From: Heptranchias perlo
Lineage: Eukaryota
NCBI RefSeq assembly: GCF_035084215.1
Contig: NC_090339.1
Span: 12,152,001-12,216,000 of the forward strand
Length of the DNA: 64,000 nucleotides
Direction of reading: 5' to 3'
In this document: positions 39,381-52,989 of the stretch, piece after piece
How the letters are laid out: the number at the start of each line of letters is the position of its first letter
How positions within the stretch are numbered: position 1 is the stretch's first letter
Position numbers and translations under genes: made by a program
Notes under the pieces: generated by a model
The model's database searches: none
What the model saw: only the letters and a program-made list of their open reading frames with translations
Told to the model about the DNA's origin: nothing

Positions 39381-40647
39381 ATTAAATGGCTCTAACAGCA
39401 GGTCCTGTACATAATTTGCTCTCTTAATATTTCACAACGTGGTTCTGGTTGTGTTCTCAAGCAGTCAGCTCTGCTGATGTGGAAGAACATCAGATCCACA
39501 ACAAAGACACCAGAAAAGCACAACCCAAAATCCTTCGCCAACACTAGCCTGTAGTCCCACTTGACACTGAAAGACCTGCACGTGAATCACGCCCATCATC
39601 ACTGTACCATGTGCTGTTGTCTACTTTAAACAGTCGCCCTGATTGTATGGTAGTTTACACACACATGGTGCCAGAAATTTTATCTCAAGTTTCTTCACTA
39701 ATTGTTACACCACTGTCTACCATTTTCCATTTTTACAATCTTTTCACTGGTTTCTTTAAGTGTTTGCTTTTACGTCACAATTTTTATGACGTTAAGTGAA
39801 GAAAGTCTATTAGGGGGTAGGGGGGAATAAACATATTCTACTTTTGGCACCCAGTGGTCAGCATCAGGCATTTCCAGCTCAGGCTGGTGCAGAGTAAAGC
39901 TCCTTCTCTAATGGCCCAACAGTGCAAGTTGAAGTTGGGTTTAGTTGATCCAGTATTGATCCAATATTTTGATTTCCACCCACTAACCGTCCTTGTGGCC
40001 TCTTTTTAAGTGAGGCTGTTTATTTAATACCAGTTGATGTTGTGGGCAGTTTTGCACTAGAGATCTGCACCTTTGGGAACTGAATCGGGATTGTCCCAAT
40101 TCATTTCAATTAGGACCTATCAGCCATAGAAACTAAACTTTCATCTTATCACTTTGAAGTGGATTTTAGACCCTGTTTTTTTTAGATCATTCAATCCTGT
40201 TTAATGTCTATTTGTTTCTCCCCAATATAATTTTTAAAAACACTTTTATTGGAAGGTTATTGGCAATAGAAACAATAGCATTTTAGAAGTGATGTATTTT
40301 TGTAAATTACGATTTTTTTGTTCGAAAATATTTTATTAAATTTTGAATGTAACGTGTACTATTCTTGGAAAGCTGCACTGTCACAAAAATAACTATTTTG
40401 CTGACGTGCATGGAAGATTTCGAGACACCTTTCGATTAAAATATTTTCTTCCTAGAATGATGGAGATTATAAACACTTAGGCTGGGAAATTCGTCGGGAG
40501 CTGCTCTTGCTCTGCTGGCATTGCTTCGCGGTAACCCTGTTTACGCGCATAAACGGGGTTTCTGTCCCACTTCCGACAAAGTAATGCTAGCTGAGTGAGA
40601 GCAGCTCCAAGAAATCTCTTGTATTTGCAGCATAGATTACTTTCACA

Positions 40648-40908
40648 GTTCATTGCTCCACCACTGATGGCCATGCCTCCAGCTGCCTAGGCCCTAAGCC
40701 CTGGAATTCCCTCCCTAAACTTCTCCACCTCTCTCTCCTCCATTTACGACGCTCCTTAAAACCTACTTCTTTGACCAAGCATTTGGTCTCCTGTTCTAAT
40801 ATCTCCTTATGTGGCTCGGTGTCAAATTTTGTCTGATAACACTCCTGTGAAGTGCCTTGGGATATTTTACTACGTTAAAGGCACTATATAAATGCAAGTT
40901 GTTGTTGT
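40648..40908 (+). mobile_element. L2 3' end
   Basis: Matches 36570-36802 including the (TTG)n tail. Confidence 0.85.
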
Positions 40909-41689
40909 GCGGTCATACCACTAACTCAGGTGCAAGAATTAAACCCTCCTGCCGAATCTTAGCTCGGTATTGGTCCATTTAATTCAACCATAAAACATCA
41001 AAGAACTTAAAGACCAGCTACAGTCAAAATCCTGTCCCCAGGGCAACTTGAGACAAATGTTGTGAAAGTTTATTCAGGTTTCTGCAAAGCTACAGAAGGT
41101 ACATTCAAACAAAAACTTACTGTGTAGTTTATGGTCAGTTATGTGTGTAACTGGCTGCTGCCTTTCAATTAAGCTGATGGTTAGTTAAATCTAACTCACC
41201 CTGACAACCATTCACGGGATATTTAATAGGTTGAACAAATTATTGAGTTGGCTGGAACCTTCAGAGAGAAAGATTAGGCCAGTTAGCTCTTGCGGTTTCA
41301 AAAACTGCAACAATACTGCAAGGTTAGCTACAAAATAATTTATCGTTTTTGATCAAGGATCTATTTAGTATAATATCTATTGTAAATATATAGATGTATC
41401 ATGTTGTTGCTATATGTTCACTTGTTCATCTTTGTTTAGTAAATGCACCTGTTGGTTAAATTCTAAGACAAAGTCTTATGTTGTGACACTACTGCTTGAC
41501 AAAGAATGAAGAATGTTCACGTGAAGGTAAGGGATAGATCCAGTAGCTTAAACAACTTATTGAAAGGTTTTCTGTTCATTATCCTAAGCTCACTATGAAA
41601 AGCCTACCTAAATATTGAGATCAGTGAAGATACTCTGGAGACTGTGAGGAGCATGAGCGAATCCAAAACAGTCAGCATGGTTTTAGCTG

Positions 41690-41830
41690 TGGGAGGTCAT
41701 GCTTAACTAATTTATTGGACTTCTTTGAGGAGATGACAGGCCTAGTAGGTAGGGGAGAGTCAGTGGATGTTACCTACTGGATTTCAGGAAGGCATTTAAT
41801 ACTGTCCCACATAATAGGCTACTACATAAA
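41690..41830 (+). mobile_element. CR1 RT internal fragment
   Basis: GRSCLTNLLDFFEE...DFRKAF-like sequence. Confidence 0.7.
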
Positions 41831-42349
41831 GTCCAAGATTCGCCAATATGAGCAATATAAAACACAAAAGCTGAAACATCTGTAATGGGAGGACATATTG
41901 GGAATTCTGGCCAGGAGATCAGCAGGATTCAGCAGGATTTCCATCTGTGTTTAAGCTACTTTCTACTGCTGTTACAATGGAAACCTGACAGAACTGATGG
42001 GATTCATTTGGATTCGTAGGTTCCAATTTTGCTGCACATTATTGAGCTTTTAATAACACATTAATCATTATTCCCCTACTCCTACCCAACTGTGCCCCTA
42101 TATATATATATAAAAAGGTCAGATGCAAGGTAAACTGATTAAATAGTGAATTTAGTGTTTTTTCTCATTTAATCTATACACTTCCTAATAAGATTTTGAA
42201 GATTCATTTTCTATGTCATTTTAATTCTGATCAGAGATTTCAGTGTAGATTAGGGTCTTTAGTTTTCTCATCAGTGATTTCCATTTAAATGTTTTATCCA
42301 ACTTGGGCCAATACATCAGGTTTAATTTTAAAATAATGAACTAAATCTA

Positions 42350-44255
42350 ATGGCATTAATGAACTCATGGCATTAATGAACTCATGGCATTTCAGATACT
42401 GGGCAGATACATTAATGAACATGACATTGCAGATACTGGGCAGGTACATTAATGCACATGGCATTGATACTGGGTAGGTACATTAATGAACTCATGGCAT
42501 TGCAGATACTGGGCAGGTACATTAATGAACACGACATTGCAGGTACATTAATGAACATGACTTTTTTATATTCGTTCACGGGATGTGGCCTCGCCGGGAT
42601 GGGCAATAAATGCTGGCCTCGCCGGTGAGGCCAGCATTTATTGCCCATCCCTAATTACCCTTGAGAAGGTGGCGGTGAACCGCCTTCTTGAACCGCTGCA
42701 GGTCGTGTGGTGAAGGTTCTCCCACAGTGCTGTTAGGAAGGGAGTTCCAGGATTTTGACCCAGCGACAATGAAGGAACGGCGATATATTTCCAAGTCGGG
42801 GTGGTGTGTGACTTGGAGGGGAACGTGCAGGTGGTGTTGTTCCCATGTATCTGCTGCTCTTGTCCTTCTAGGTGGTAGAGGTCGCGGGTTTGGGAGGTGC
42901 TGTCGAAGAAGCCTTGGCGAGTTGCTGCAGTGCATCCTATGGATGGTACACACTGCAGCCACTGTGCGCTGGTGGTGAAGGGAGTGAATGTTTAGGGTGG
43001 TGGATGGGGTGCCAATCAAGCGGGCTGCTTTGTCCTGGATGGTGTCGAGCTTCTTGAGTGTTGTTGGAGCTGCACTCATCCAGGCAAGTGGAGAGTATTC
43101 CATCACACTCCTGATTTGTGCCTTGTAGATGGAGGAAAAGCTTTGGGGAGTCAGGAAGTGAGTCACTCGCCGCAGAATACCCAGCCTCTGACCTGCTCTT
43201 GTAGCCACAGTATTTATATGGCTGGTCCAGTTAAGTTTCTGGTCAATGGTGACCCCCAGGATGTTGATGGTGGGAGATTCGGCGATGGTAATGCCGTTGA
43301 ATGTCAAGGGGAGGTGGTTAGACTCTCTCTTGTTGGAGATGGTCATTGCCTGGCATTCGTCTGGCACAAATGTTACTTGCCACTTATCAGCCCAAGCCTG
43401 GATGTTGTCCAGGTCTTGTTGCATGTGGGCTCGGACTGCTTCATTATTTGAGGGGTTGCGAAAAGAACTGAACACTGTGCAATCATCAGCGAACATCCCC
43501 ATTTCTGACCTTATGATGGAGGGAAGGTCTTTGATGAAGCTGCTGACGATGGTTGGGCCTAGGACACTGCCCTGAGGAACTCCTGCAGCAATGTCCTGGG
43601 GCTGAGATGATTGGCCTCCAACAATCACTACCATCTTGCTTTGTGCTAGGTATGACTCCAGCCACTGGAGAGTTTTCCCCCTGATTCCCATTGATTTCAA
43701 TTTTACTAAGGCTCCTTGGTCAAATGCTGCCTTGATGTCAAGGGCAGTCACTCTCACCTCACCACTGGAATTCAACTCTTTTGTCCATGTTTGGACCAAG
43801 GTTGTAATGAGGTCTGGAGCCAAGTGGTCCTGGCGGAACCCAAACTGAGCATCGGTGAGCAGGTTATTGGTGAGTAAGTGCCGCTTGATAGCACTGTCGA
43901 CGACACCTTCCATCACTTTGCTGATGATTGAGGGTAGACTGAGGGGACGGTAATTGGCCGGATTGGATTTGTCCTGCTTTTTGTGGTCAGGACATACCTG
44001 GGCAATTTTCCACATAGTCTGGTAGATACTGGGTAGATACATTAATGAACACGACATTGCAGATACTGGGCAGGTACATTAATGAACATGGCATTGCAGA
44101 TACTGGGCAGATACATTAATGAACATGGCATTGCAGATACTGGGCAGGTACATTAATGAACATGACATTGCAGAAACTGGGCGGGTACATTAATGAACAT
44201 GACATTGCAGAAACTGGGCGGGTACATTAATGAACTCATGGCATGCAGATACACT
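42350..44255. repeat. ~37-39 bp minisatellite (CATTAATGAACATGACATTGCAGATACTGGGCAGGTA) split by a LINE
   Basis: Units at 42350-42561 and 44024-44255 with the same consensus and orientation. Confidence 0.9.
42562..44027 (-). mobile_element. CR1-group LINE family B, 5'-truncated
   Basis: NYRPLSL, QFGFR, DIKAAFD, GVPQGSVLGP and FADD in ORF 42651-44057; homologous to 5461-6506. Confidence 0.93.
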
Positions 44256-46849
44256 GGGGAGCTTTTGTTGAGCTCGTGGTCTTGTTTTAGCTCTCCGATT
44301 CTCTGGTGGTAAACCTATTTTACTTGCTTTTGCATTCACGATTGACAAAGCACTTTAAAGTGGAATCTCCAAAATGTGCTTGGAATTACAGTCCGGTTCT
44401 TAATCCTACATAATTCAGACAGAAGATTACAACTTGCCTTTATAAAGTGCCTTTGAAGTAGTACAATGCCTCATAGCACGTCACAGAGGCATAGTCACAA
44501 ATATGAATTTGTCTGGTGTGTTTATTTTAAAAGCTGAAGCTCTTAATCAGTTCTTAAAAAAGAGAACATTCACAAAAATGTACAAAGTCTCAATTCTACA
44601 TTTTTGTTACACTTAAAACATCGAACACATTTAGTTATAAAAATTACACTGTTGGCTTAATCAGAATCTGGGACATATATCTCTTCGTACAAAAGAAATA
44701 AAACATTTGGAAATCATTTGGAAAACTTTAAAGAACTGTAAGTAGCATAGCTCTCCTAATGTTGTAAAGATTTTTTTTAACGTTCTACAATAATGCTGAT
44801 TGATTTTGTTTACATTCACAAAGAACTCTTCTTACACCTTCAATTGAACATGCCTGTCCCTCCATCTGTATATTAGAGAGGAAGATTGTGTAATGCCCCC
44901 ATTTAAAGTTAAATGATCTTTTCCCACTCTTTGTATTTCTCGATATTCCCCAGCTTGAGGAGGGGCACACATGATTTCACTCTATGCCTCTGCCAATGCT
45001 GTTCACAAGGAGGGACATGAACTATGTGTGTGACTTTGGGCAAGCATTAAGCATCCGCCCACCATCTCCTGTGATGGGATAACCAAAACTGGGAACTCAT
45101 CCTGTGGTAAATCATAGACATGAATCAAAGACACATGCCACTGATTCTGCTCTTTATCTTTGGCAGTTGAAATTAGTTTATGTTTGGATTAGAACTAGTT
45201 GAATAGCATCTTCAATGGGTGATGATGATCAAGATCTGTTGATATATCATTACTATTATTGCACTATCCATCGGGTATCATTGTATTCATTATTTCTACT
45301 TATGAATATTGACTATATACCTTAATATTGCATCTTTCCAACTTGGCTTTATAACCTTTTAACATGTCTGTGTTACTGTTACATGCATACAATATTATAA
45401 ATAAGACGTAAAAACAATAAACCAGTAAGCAGAGCGGTGGGCTATGAAGTAAATTTAATTGAATGAGAACTTCATAACCTGAGGCCCATTTCACAAGGAA
45501 TTTAGCAAAAAAAAGGTACCATTATGTGACATGTTATTATGTTCATGCCACATATATTGCTTCATTAAAAATGATCCAGAATATCCATGATCCCGCTCCA
45601 CTGCCATAATTATGGTGGAGTAGGAATTGTGCCCCACCATTAAGAAGAGAGCTTGACTCTGCCTGAGTTGGTGACATCAGAACATTACCATGAATCGGGT
45701 ATATGCTCTCACCAGTACTTGTGCAACTTGGGAACCTGCAGGGTGGAGTTGTAGGGGGAGAAAAATGGGGCACTTGAAAGCCACATGGGGCCAAAATCGG
45801 CAGATTTTCATCGTCGTAGGCTGTTATCTTCTGGAATGTTCCAGGTAGTGGGCCCAGCCTGGAGCACTCCTGTGTAACCTGCTCCATTGAACTAGATGCC
45901 AGTATATTGCCGGCCTCCAGTTGGCTCAGGGTTTATGAGGCAGGAGTATCAGATGATGCCATCCTGCTGGCCCCGCTCTCCTTTTACAATGCCAAGCTTT
46001 GAGGGAGCGGACAGAATCTCCACCCGCAGGAATCTCCCGTGGTCTGATCATTGGTCAGAGACTTTGTATTACCAGGTACCACCCTATTCCCCACTCCGCC
46101 AGTCCCAGAATGCTGGAAGACCACCGCCAAGTTTGCCCAAGGAAATTCAGGGCAATAATTTAAAGAGTTTTCCCCCTGACTTTGAAAAATGCCACCATGT
46201 GCAGTTGGTTTATACACTATAAATCACTCCTTGTATTCCACTAGGAATATGCATGTTTGTTACTGCTTTGATTTGTAAGTGGGGAAAATTATAGTTACAG
46301 CATGGGCCTGCTCAATGGATGACAGCCTCTTCTTGGCCAAATATGGAGCATTATTGATAGTAGTTATGATGTCCCTTACTGAAGGAGAACACTTGGTAGG
46401 AAGTGAACTGTACCCAGGGCCTGGAACAATCCTAGAAGATCAATTGGTAGAAAAATAAGTCCATATAAAATCTTGAATTTTTTTGGAAAAAAATACAAAG
46501 AGAGCACTATAACGCTGCTGGTAAAATGACTAACTATGTTGACTTGGATTCCAGCTGTTTGTTTGTAGTCACTCATTTTTATAGTGTCATGTGGAATCTT
46601 GTAACTAATCCACAAAAGTCATCATGGATCCAACAGCTGGCATAGTTGAGTGGTTGGTGGCAAGCTGAGACTCAGAATGGTGGGCCTTTAGTGGACTGTC
46701 ATAAGAATTAAAATGAAATTTCTCCTACAAAGTAAGATAGTTAAAATGCGCTTTCCCCCTAATTAGATTCTACATCGAAAGTAGTTATACACAGAATTCT
46801 CTCTTAAAATGGGTCTGAAAGGGTCTCTGAATAGATTATTATGATGTTA

Positions 46850-47040
46850 TGATCTGGAATGCAGTGCCTAAAAGGCCGGTGGAAACAGATTCAACAGTAA
46901 CTTACAAAAAGGAATTGGATATATATTTGAAAAGTAAAAATTTGCAAGGCTATGGGGAAAGAACAGGGGAGTGGAACTAATTGGATAGCCAGCTCAGGTA
47001 CGCTGGGCCAATGGCCTCCTTTGCTGTGTGATTCTAATAT
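46850..47040 (+). mobile_element. CR1 3' tail (similar tails at ~14845-15010, ~61075-61190 and reverse ~48272-48430)
   Basis: GGAATTGGATATATATTTGAAA...GGCTATGGGGAAAGA...ATGGCCTCC. Confidence 0.7.
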
Positions 47041-48057
47041 TGGAGAAAAGTTAGTTTGAAATATTGTAAAATCTTGGAACCAATCAATATGTATTGTCTC
47101 CTCATTCAACTGATATTAATATTTTTTTCTGATGCAGCACAAATTTGTAAAGAATCGATTTGGTGTAAATGGTGTCTCTGCTTGACCTGATGCATGATTC
47201 TTTTATACTTAAAAGCAAACAGGGCCACCAATTGTAGTGATCCAAGACTTATTCACATTCGCTTCGTACACTGAAGACAGAAGTTGCCAGTGATGTAAAC
47301 ACTTTAATAGGTGGATAGCTGCAATTTGCACACAACCTGTAAACATGATGCCCTTGATCGTGATAAATCCAGTACTGGAAATAATCTTTTAGAAACTTAT
47401 ATTCAATTTCAAAATGTAATTAAAAAAAAATTGATCAATGGATATGTAAGGCTAGGCACTTTTATAGGTTTTGGAACAAAACGAGCAACATCTGTATTAA
47501 TGTACTTTCTGTGAGGCCTGACATTTATAATGGAAAATATCAGTAATGTGGAAAAGTGGATACTCACTGTAGGTAATTGTTGTCAGTGAGTCATCAAGAT
47601 GTAATATGAATGTGCCAGCATTTTCTAAACTGAAATGGAGGGGCTGAAAGGTGATTAAAGAATGAAGAACTGCCAAGCACTTTAATCATTTCACGATCTT
47701 CCTACTCTGATCTAACGCAAGCTGGGACATTCATTATTGCATCAGTGGATGTCATTTTTTGCTATGGGTTAATAACTTTTTTCTTGCAGAACAAGTTGTT
47801 TGTTTTTCTTACTTTAGTAATGCCTATTAACTTTCCACAAATCCAATTGTTATTTAAGGCAAGCCTGGAATTTTCTCAGTTTGGAAAATCTAGCAACAGT
47901 TCCAGCTGAGTGACTATTTGGTAATCATTTCTATCAGGTACTAAACTACTTGATAGCAGATGTGTCTCTGAAGAGAACAAGAGGCCTTGTTGGAAGCATT
48001 GAAGGGTACGTTCTTGCATTTTTTTTGTTGTTCAAAAGAAGTTAACTAAAATATATA

Positions 48058-48271
48058 GGGGTTAATTTTAAACCCCAAGAACGGGCGGGTGGGAGTTGAA
48101 AATTGTCTTTTTGGGTCACAACCACAAAATTTTTGGACTTCGCATTCCCAGTGGGAAGCCGACGTTAAACCCGAAAATAAAGCCGGGTTGCGGTTGCGAC
48201 CCAAAAAACAACTATTTTCAACTCCCACCCGCCCCCCAACCCACCCATTCTTGGGGTTTAAAATCACCCCC
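48058..48271. mobile_element. 214-bp palindromic MITE, 3-bp TSD ATA
   Basis: GGGGTTAATTTTAAACCCCAAGAA ... TTCTTGGGGTTTAAAATCACCCCC, plus internal IR GGCGGGTGGGAGTTGAAAAT / ATTTTCAACTCCCACCCGCC. Confidence 0.85.
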
Positions 48272-48479
48272 ATAGTATTTACAGCACAGAAACGTCCCAT
48301 TTGACCCAACAGATCTATGCCGGTGTTTATGCTCCACACGGGCCTCCTCCCACCTTGCTTCATCTCACCCTATAACATAACTTCCTTTCTCCCTCATGTA
48401 TTTATCTAGCTTCCCCTTAAATGCATCTATGAATGCATGATACAAATGCAAAATACATATTAAAACAACCAACGTAACT

Positions 48480-48665
48480 ATAAACAGATTATCTGGTCAT
48501 TATCACATTGCTGTTTGTGGGATCTTGCTGTACGCAAATTGGCTGCCGTGTTTCCTACATTACAACAGCGACTACACTTCAAAAAGTACTTCTTTGGCTG
48601 TAAGGCACTTTGGAACGTCCTGAGGTCATGAAAGGTGCGATATAAATGCATGTCCTTTCTTTCTC
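48480..48665 (+). mobile_element. Deu-type SINE 3' part
   Basis: AAACAGATTATCTGGTCATTATCACATTGCTGTTTGTGGGA...TATAAATGCA. Confidence 0.8.
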
Positions 48666-49334
48666 TTCCTTTTTTTCTCTCTCTCTTTCTCTCTTTTTAA
48701 ATATCTTAACACATAGTATGCAGTGAGATAAATGGCCATGGCCTAGATTTTCCAACATGGGAGCTGCACAATTATAAGATGAATTTGACAGCTAATAAAA
48801 TGATGTTTCACACGTGTTGGTGCTGGTGGATATGTCTCATTGCTGGAAGAAACTGTTTGGGTTTGAAGAGTTCTTCTCTTGCTTCTGATTTTTCTAATCT
48901 TTTTTTAACAAAGTTAACAAGAGGTTGACCCAACAGCTCACTGCCAATCTTCTTTTTAAAAAAAACTAGAATTGAAAAAGGCTTCCTTCTCACAGCTGCA
49001 GTCTTGGTAGTGAATGGAAAGGAAGGATGTTGATGTTTGGGCTCCATACGAGCCTCCAACTGCGTGTTTGAGTGGAATTTGGGGGAAAGAAAAATTTCAA
49101 AAAATTGCTGTACTTACATTGTATTGTAAAGTGCCAAATGCCAGCGCTCATGGAAACTGCATCAAACAGATGATCGCTGAGGTGACAGGATCAGTGTGGT
49201 GCATACCCATGTTAGCCAGCTGGCAATGAAACCTAGCATTCAGGGCTAGGGTTATTAATCTTACAGAGTGAACTTCCAGTGTAATATGAGCCTACTAATG
49301 AGAACTCACATATGCGAAGGTGGCAGGATTTATG

Positions 49335-49590
49335 ATCGGGGATGCACAAGAGGCCAGAATTGGAGGAATGCAGAGATCTTGGAGGGTTGTAGGGCTGGAG
49401 GAGGTTACAGAGATAGGAAGGGGTGAGGACATGGAGGGATTTGAAAACAAGAATGAGAATTTTAAAATTGAAGCGTTCCCGGACTGGGAGCCAATGTAGG
49501 TCAGCGAGCACAGGGGTGATGGGTGAATGGGACTTGATGAGAGTTAGGATAGGGGCACCAGAGTTTTGGATGAGCTTAAGTTTATAGAGG
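49335..49590 (-). mobile_element. L2 fragment
   Basis: KLIQNS...ITPVLADLHWLPV...LQPYNPPRSL. Confidence 0.85.
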
Positions 49591-51339
49591 GTGGAAGATG
49601 GAACACTGCCTGCATAAAGCAGTCCAACTGTGCAACTCTCCCAATCCTTAATCATAGTCATACTGTAGCAGGGCACACACCTGCGAATTACAATTGGAAG
49701 TCATTTTGTTGCACTGACCTTTTTAAAGGTATTCTCAACAAAGCCTATTTGCTTGTTCATTCTCATTCCCTCTCTCTCTGTCAGTTTATCTCTCTCTCTA
49801 TCTCTGTCTTGTCTCTCTCTTTCTCACACCCTGGGATGCAGAATGGGCACCTGGGTGTCTCCGTACACTCCTGCATCTCAACACCATTTCTCTGCTTGCA
49901 GGACAAGTAGATTTATAACAGGGGCAAACCCCCACTGAAGGTGATGCCCTACATTTTAGGCTACTGTCAGTCTTCAAAGAGGCCGTGATCAGTATTGAAA
50001 GCAGTGATGGAGTGAGGGAGGATGAAGGTGCAAGCCTCCCCAAAGCTGAGGGCTAGTACCATCCTTAATTGTTTTCCTACTCGTTCTCATACAGGCACAC
50101 ACTCGAGCACAATGCCATGTCACACAATATTGTTCTTTGTAAGCACTGTTTGAAGGGTGTCTTGTAGGCAGCAACCTAACATGTTTCTTTTCTGTTTCTA
50201 TAAGCATTCCTCGCACCCCCCTCCGCTGAGGATCCCAGGGACGTGGAAGAGGCGAGCATATCATAATACCTTGCATCACTCAATCCACCAGAACGCAAGC
50301 ACCAGCTTGTCCTCAAGGGAGAATTACAAAGACAATTTGAGAACCAATTGTTGAGTGAATCATATGCTGGTGGCAGTGCTGGAGCAGGAATCTGCTGGCG
50401 GAGGGCCAGCTCACATTCCTTAGTTACGATGCACAGGGGTTCTGATCTTACACAAGGTTGCATTTTGAATACAATCATCTTCTGGAGTTATTTGGCACAA
50501 CATCCTGCAACAGCTGTTGGGGACTGTTGAAGAGTCCACTTGTGACACTTGTGTAGTTATGTATGACTGCTTATCCAACTGCAGCCCACCATGGAGTGTG
50601 TGGCAACTCGATGGACATTTACATGCACATGGACATATTTTGGGAATCCTCATACAGCAGCTATAGAGGCCTTTGGCTCAAATCAACAACAGACTGTCTT
50701 CAATATGCTGGGGGATTGGAGCGGGAAAGCATTACATGGGGCTTCACTGGTTCATTGTTGCCCAGCTGTCAGTGCTGAGGGAGTGCCCAGCAGCATTGGC
50801 ATGGCTTGAGTTGGCATGTTCCTCAGAATGGTGCCACATCCAAACCATGGAGCTTCCCATCTCAAATGATAGCATATGCACAGAAAGCAGGCGAGAGTAG
50901 GAACACATCACAGCAGTGGACATACCGGAACCAGATGTAGGACTGTCTGAAGATCCAGTACAAGGAGGTGCTGGGCTCCCTTTATCCCAAGAAAGAGACA
51001 CACCCACTTCATTTAGTCCTGTCACTGGGGAGCACCTAGAAGAAGCACAAGAAAAGGTTTAAAAAGACACAAATACACTGTCACCAAAGATGAGCACTGG
51101 AGTAAAACACATCAGGCACACATACCTCACACTTACAAGCAAATACATTAACGTTATACTTAATACTATAATACTTATATTGCCACTTTTCCAAACTATT
51201 TAATACTGATAATGCAGAATAGGGCATCAGAAGACCAACTGGATGTGCATCCGTGGTAGTTGTCTCCTGCAGCAATTCAATGTCGGTGAAGAGATATTTG
51301 CCCACTGCACTTGTGTACAGAACTATTGGCTCCGGCGAA

Positions 51340-51910
51340 TCTATCGTCTGAGAGCTTGGAATACTGTTCTTGCAGGCTGCAGAAGTGTTTCTGTGGTGAC
51401 ATCCTCTGGGTCATTGTCAGTGTCTTCAATTGGCCTGGCTTGTGAATGAACCTCCGCCTGCATCACATCCATGGGTAGGCCTCGAGATGCTAAAGCTGTG
51501 CAGCATGCAAAAATGATCTTGGAGTACTGTAAAATACCTCTAATCTGTCCAGGCACCTAAAGTGCTGTTTCAATAGTTTATTCTATCATCACTTGGTAGG
51601 TGCAAGGGCCTTGTCATTACCTGTGGCTCTTTCAAGGGTATCATTAATGCTTGCAGGGGCTAACCTTGATCTCCTAGGAGCCACACTTCCATCTTTCTTC
51701 AAATAAGTCAGGCACAAGAGGATTGCCTTCTGATAAAAGCATTGTGACTGCTGCCTGGGAAGCAGCAATTCACCTGCATGATTCCATTTGCTGGTTAACT
51801 GTCGCCTGGGCAGTGATGGGCTGGAACCCCTTGAAGTTCATAAGCACCAAGGCATCGTGTGTAGTGCTGACAGAGAGAGGTCATATCAGTTTATGCACAC
51901 ACTTCAACTA
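51340..51910 (-). pseudogene. Decayed Harbinger (HARBI1-like) DDE transposase
   Basis: Minus-strand motifs in the expected order: NFKGFQPITAQ (cf. NRKGFHSINVQ), FPGSSHNAFI (cf. PGSxHDAFI), WLLGDQG*PL, FRCLD..GILQYS..KIIFACC. Stops and frameshifts present. Confidence 0.8.
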
Positions 51911-52661
51911 GAAATGCGCACCTTCTTCAAAACGTGTTCTATGTAGTAATCCAGTAGGTGTTACAGCTATAGAAAATCAGAAGTCTTTTCCAGCATTGAG
52001 TATATAAGTTCCTGGATGGTAAGAACCCACATTAAAGTGCAATGATATGGTACCATGTGACACATACTATTGCAGTGATCATCTGCCCTGAATCGAAGTC
52101 ATAAGCTCTCTCCAAAGATGACGTGATACTAATTCCTAGCACTGGCATTAGTAAAATTAGTGCATTTGAGATGAATTCCTTCTTGTTAATGGAAACTGGG
52201 CCTGCAGCAGCATCAGAGGAATAACAATGAGTCTGCTCAATAATGGAAATGCAATGTTCCAGATCTACCCACATTCCTGTTTAAGTACTGTGCACCAGAT
52301 CAGAATTTCCTGCTCTGCCACTTCCTGATGATGATGATCCCACAACTGCATGTAACAATAATTCCTGGCATTTCTCTTGTGTTTTCTCACCAAATAGTTG
52401 GAATACTATGGAGGTGGGGCTAGTCCACATTTGTAGCTGTAGTAAAGGCCCTGTATTAAAAGTATAGGGCCTGTAGTTTTAACAGAGGGTTGTGGATGGG
52501 TGGTGGAAAAGCCACACTTCCATATTGTTCTTTTGCTTTAATTTTTCAATGATAAAATGAGAGAAAACATTTGCAAATTGCACAGTCAGATAGGGTGTTG
52601 TTAAAGAGACAAAGAGAGGCAGCGAATACAGGATTTTTAAAAAAGGAGAGAATAGGACTCT

Positions 52662-52989
52662 GGGGCAGATTTTCCTGTGATTTGTGCCTGGGGAAACATT
52701 TATTCCTTGGGTGTAAAGTACAGCAAGAAGATATGCAGACCCATGATGTCAGGTATTTTTCTCCCTTCAGGTTGACCCAAGATTTCCAAAGCTCCCCACA
52801 AGGGGGCATCAAGAGTGTCTGCGGCAGGGGCTGGCTTTCGGCCCCAGATATCTGGCAAAGGCCATTGCCAGGGCGGTTAGCCTATACCATGGGCACATTG
52901 GGACCTGAACTTCCAAACTAAGCCTACCTGAATTTGTGTTATTTTGGATGCCCAGGCATGGGAGGGGGAAGGACAGGAAAATCAGCCCC
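52662..52989. mobile_element. MITE with 16-bp TIRs
   Basis: GGGGCAGATTTTCCTG ... CAGGAAAATCAGCCCC (1 mismatch); TSD degenerate (TCT/TAT). Confidence 0.65.

Noticed and set aside
42350-44255. ~37-bp repeats as a CRISPR array
   Set aside because: Units are head to tail with no unique spacers, there are no cas genes, and the context is vertebrate.
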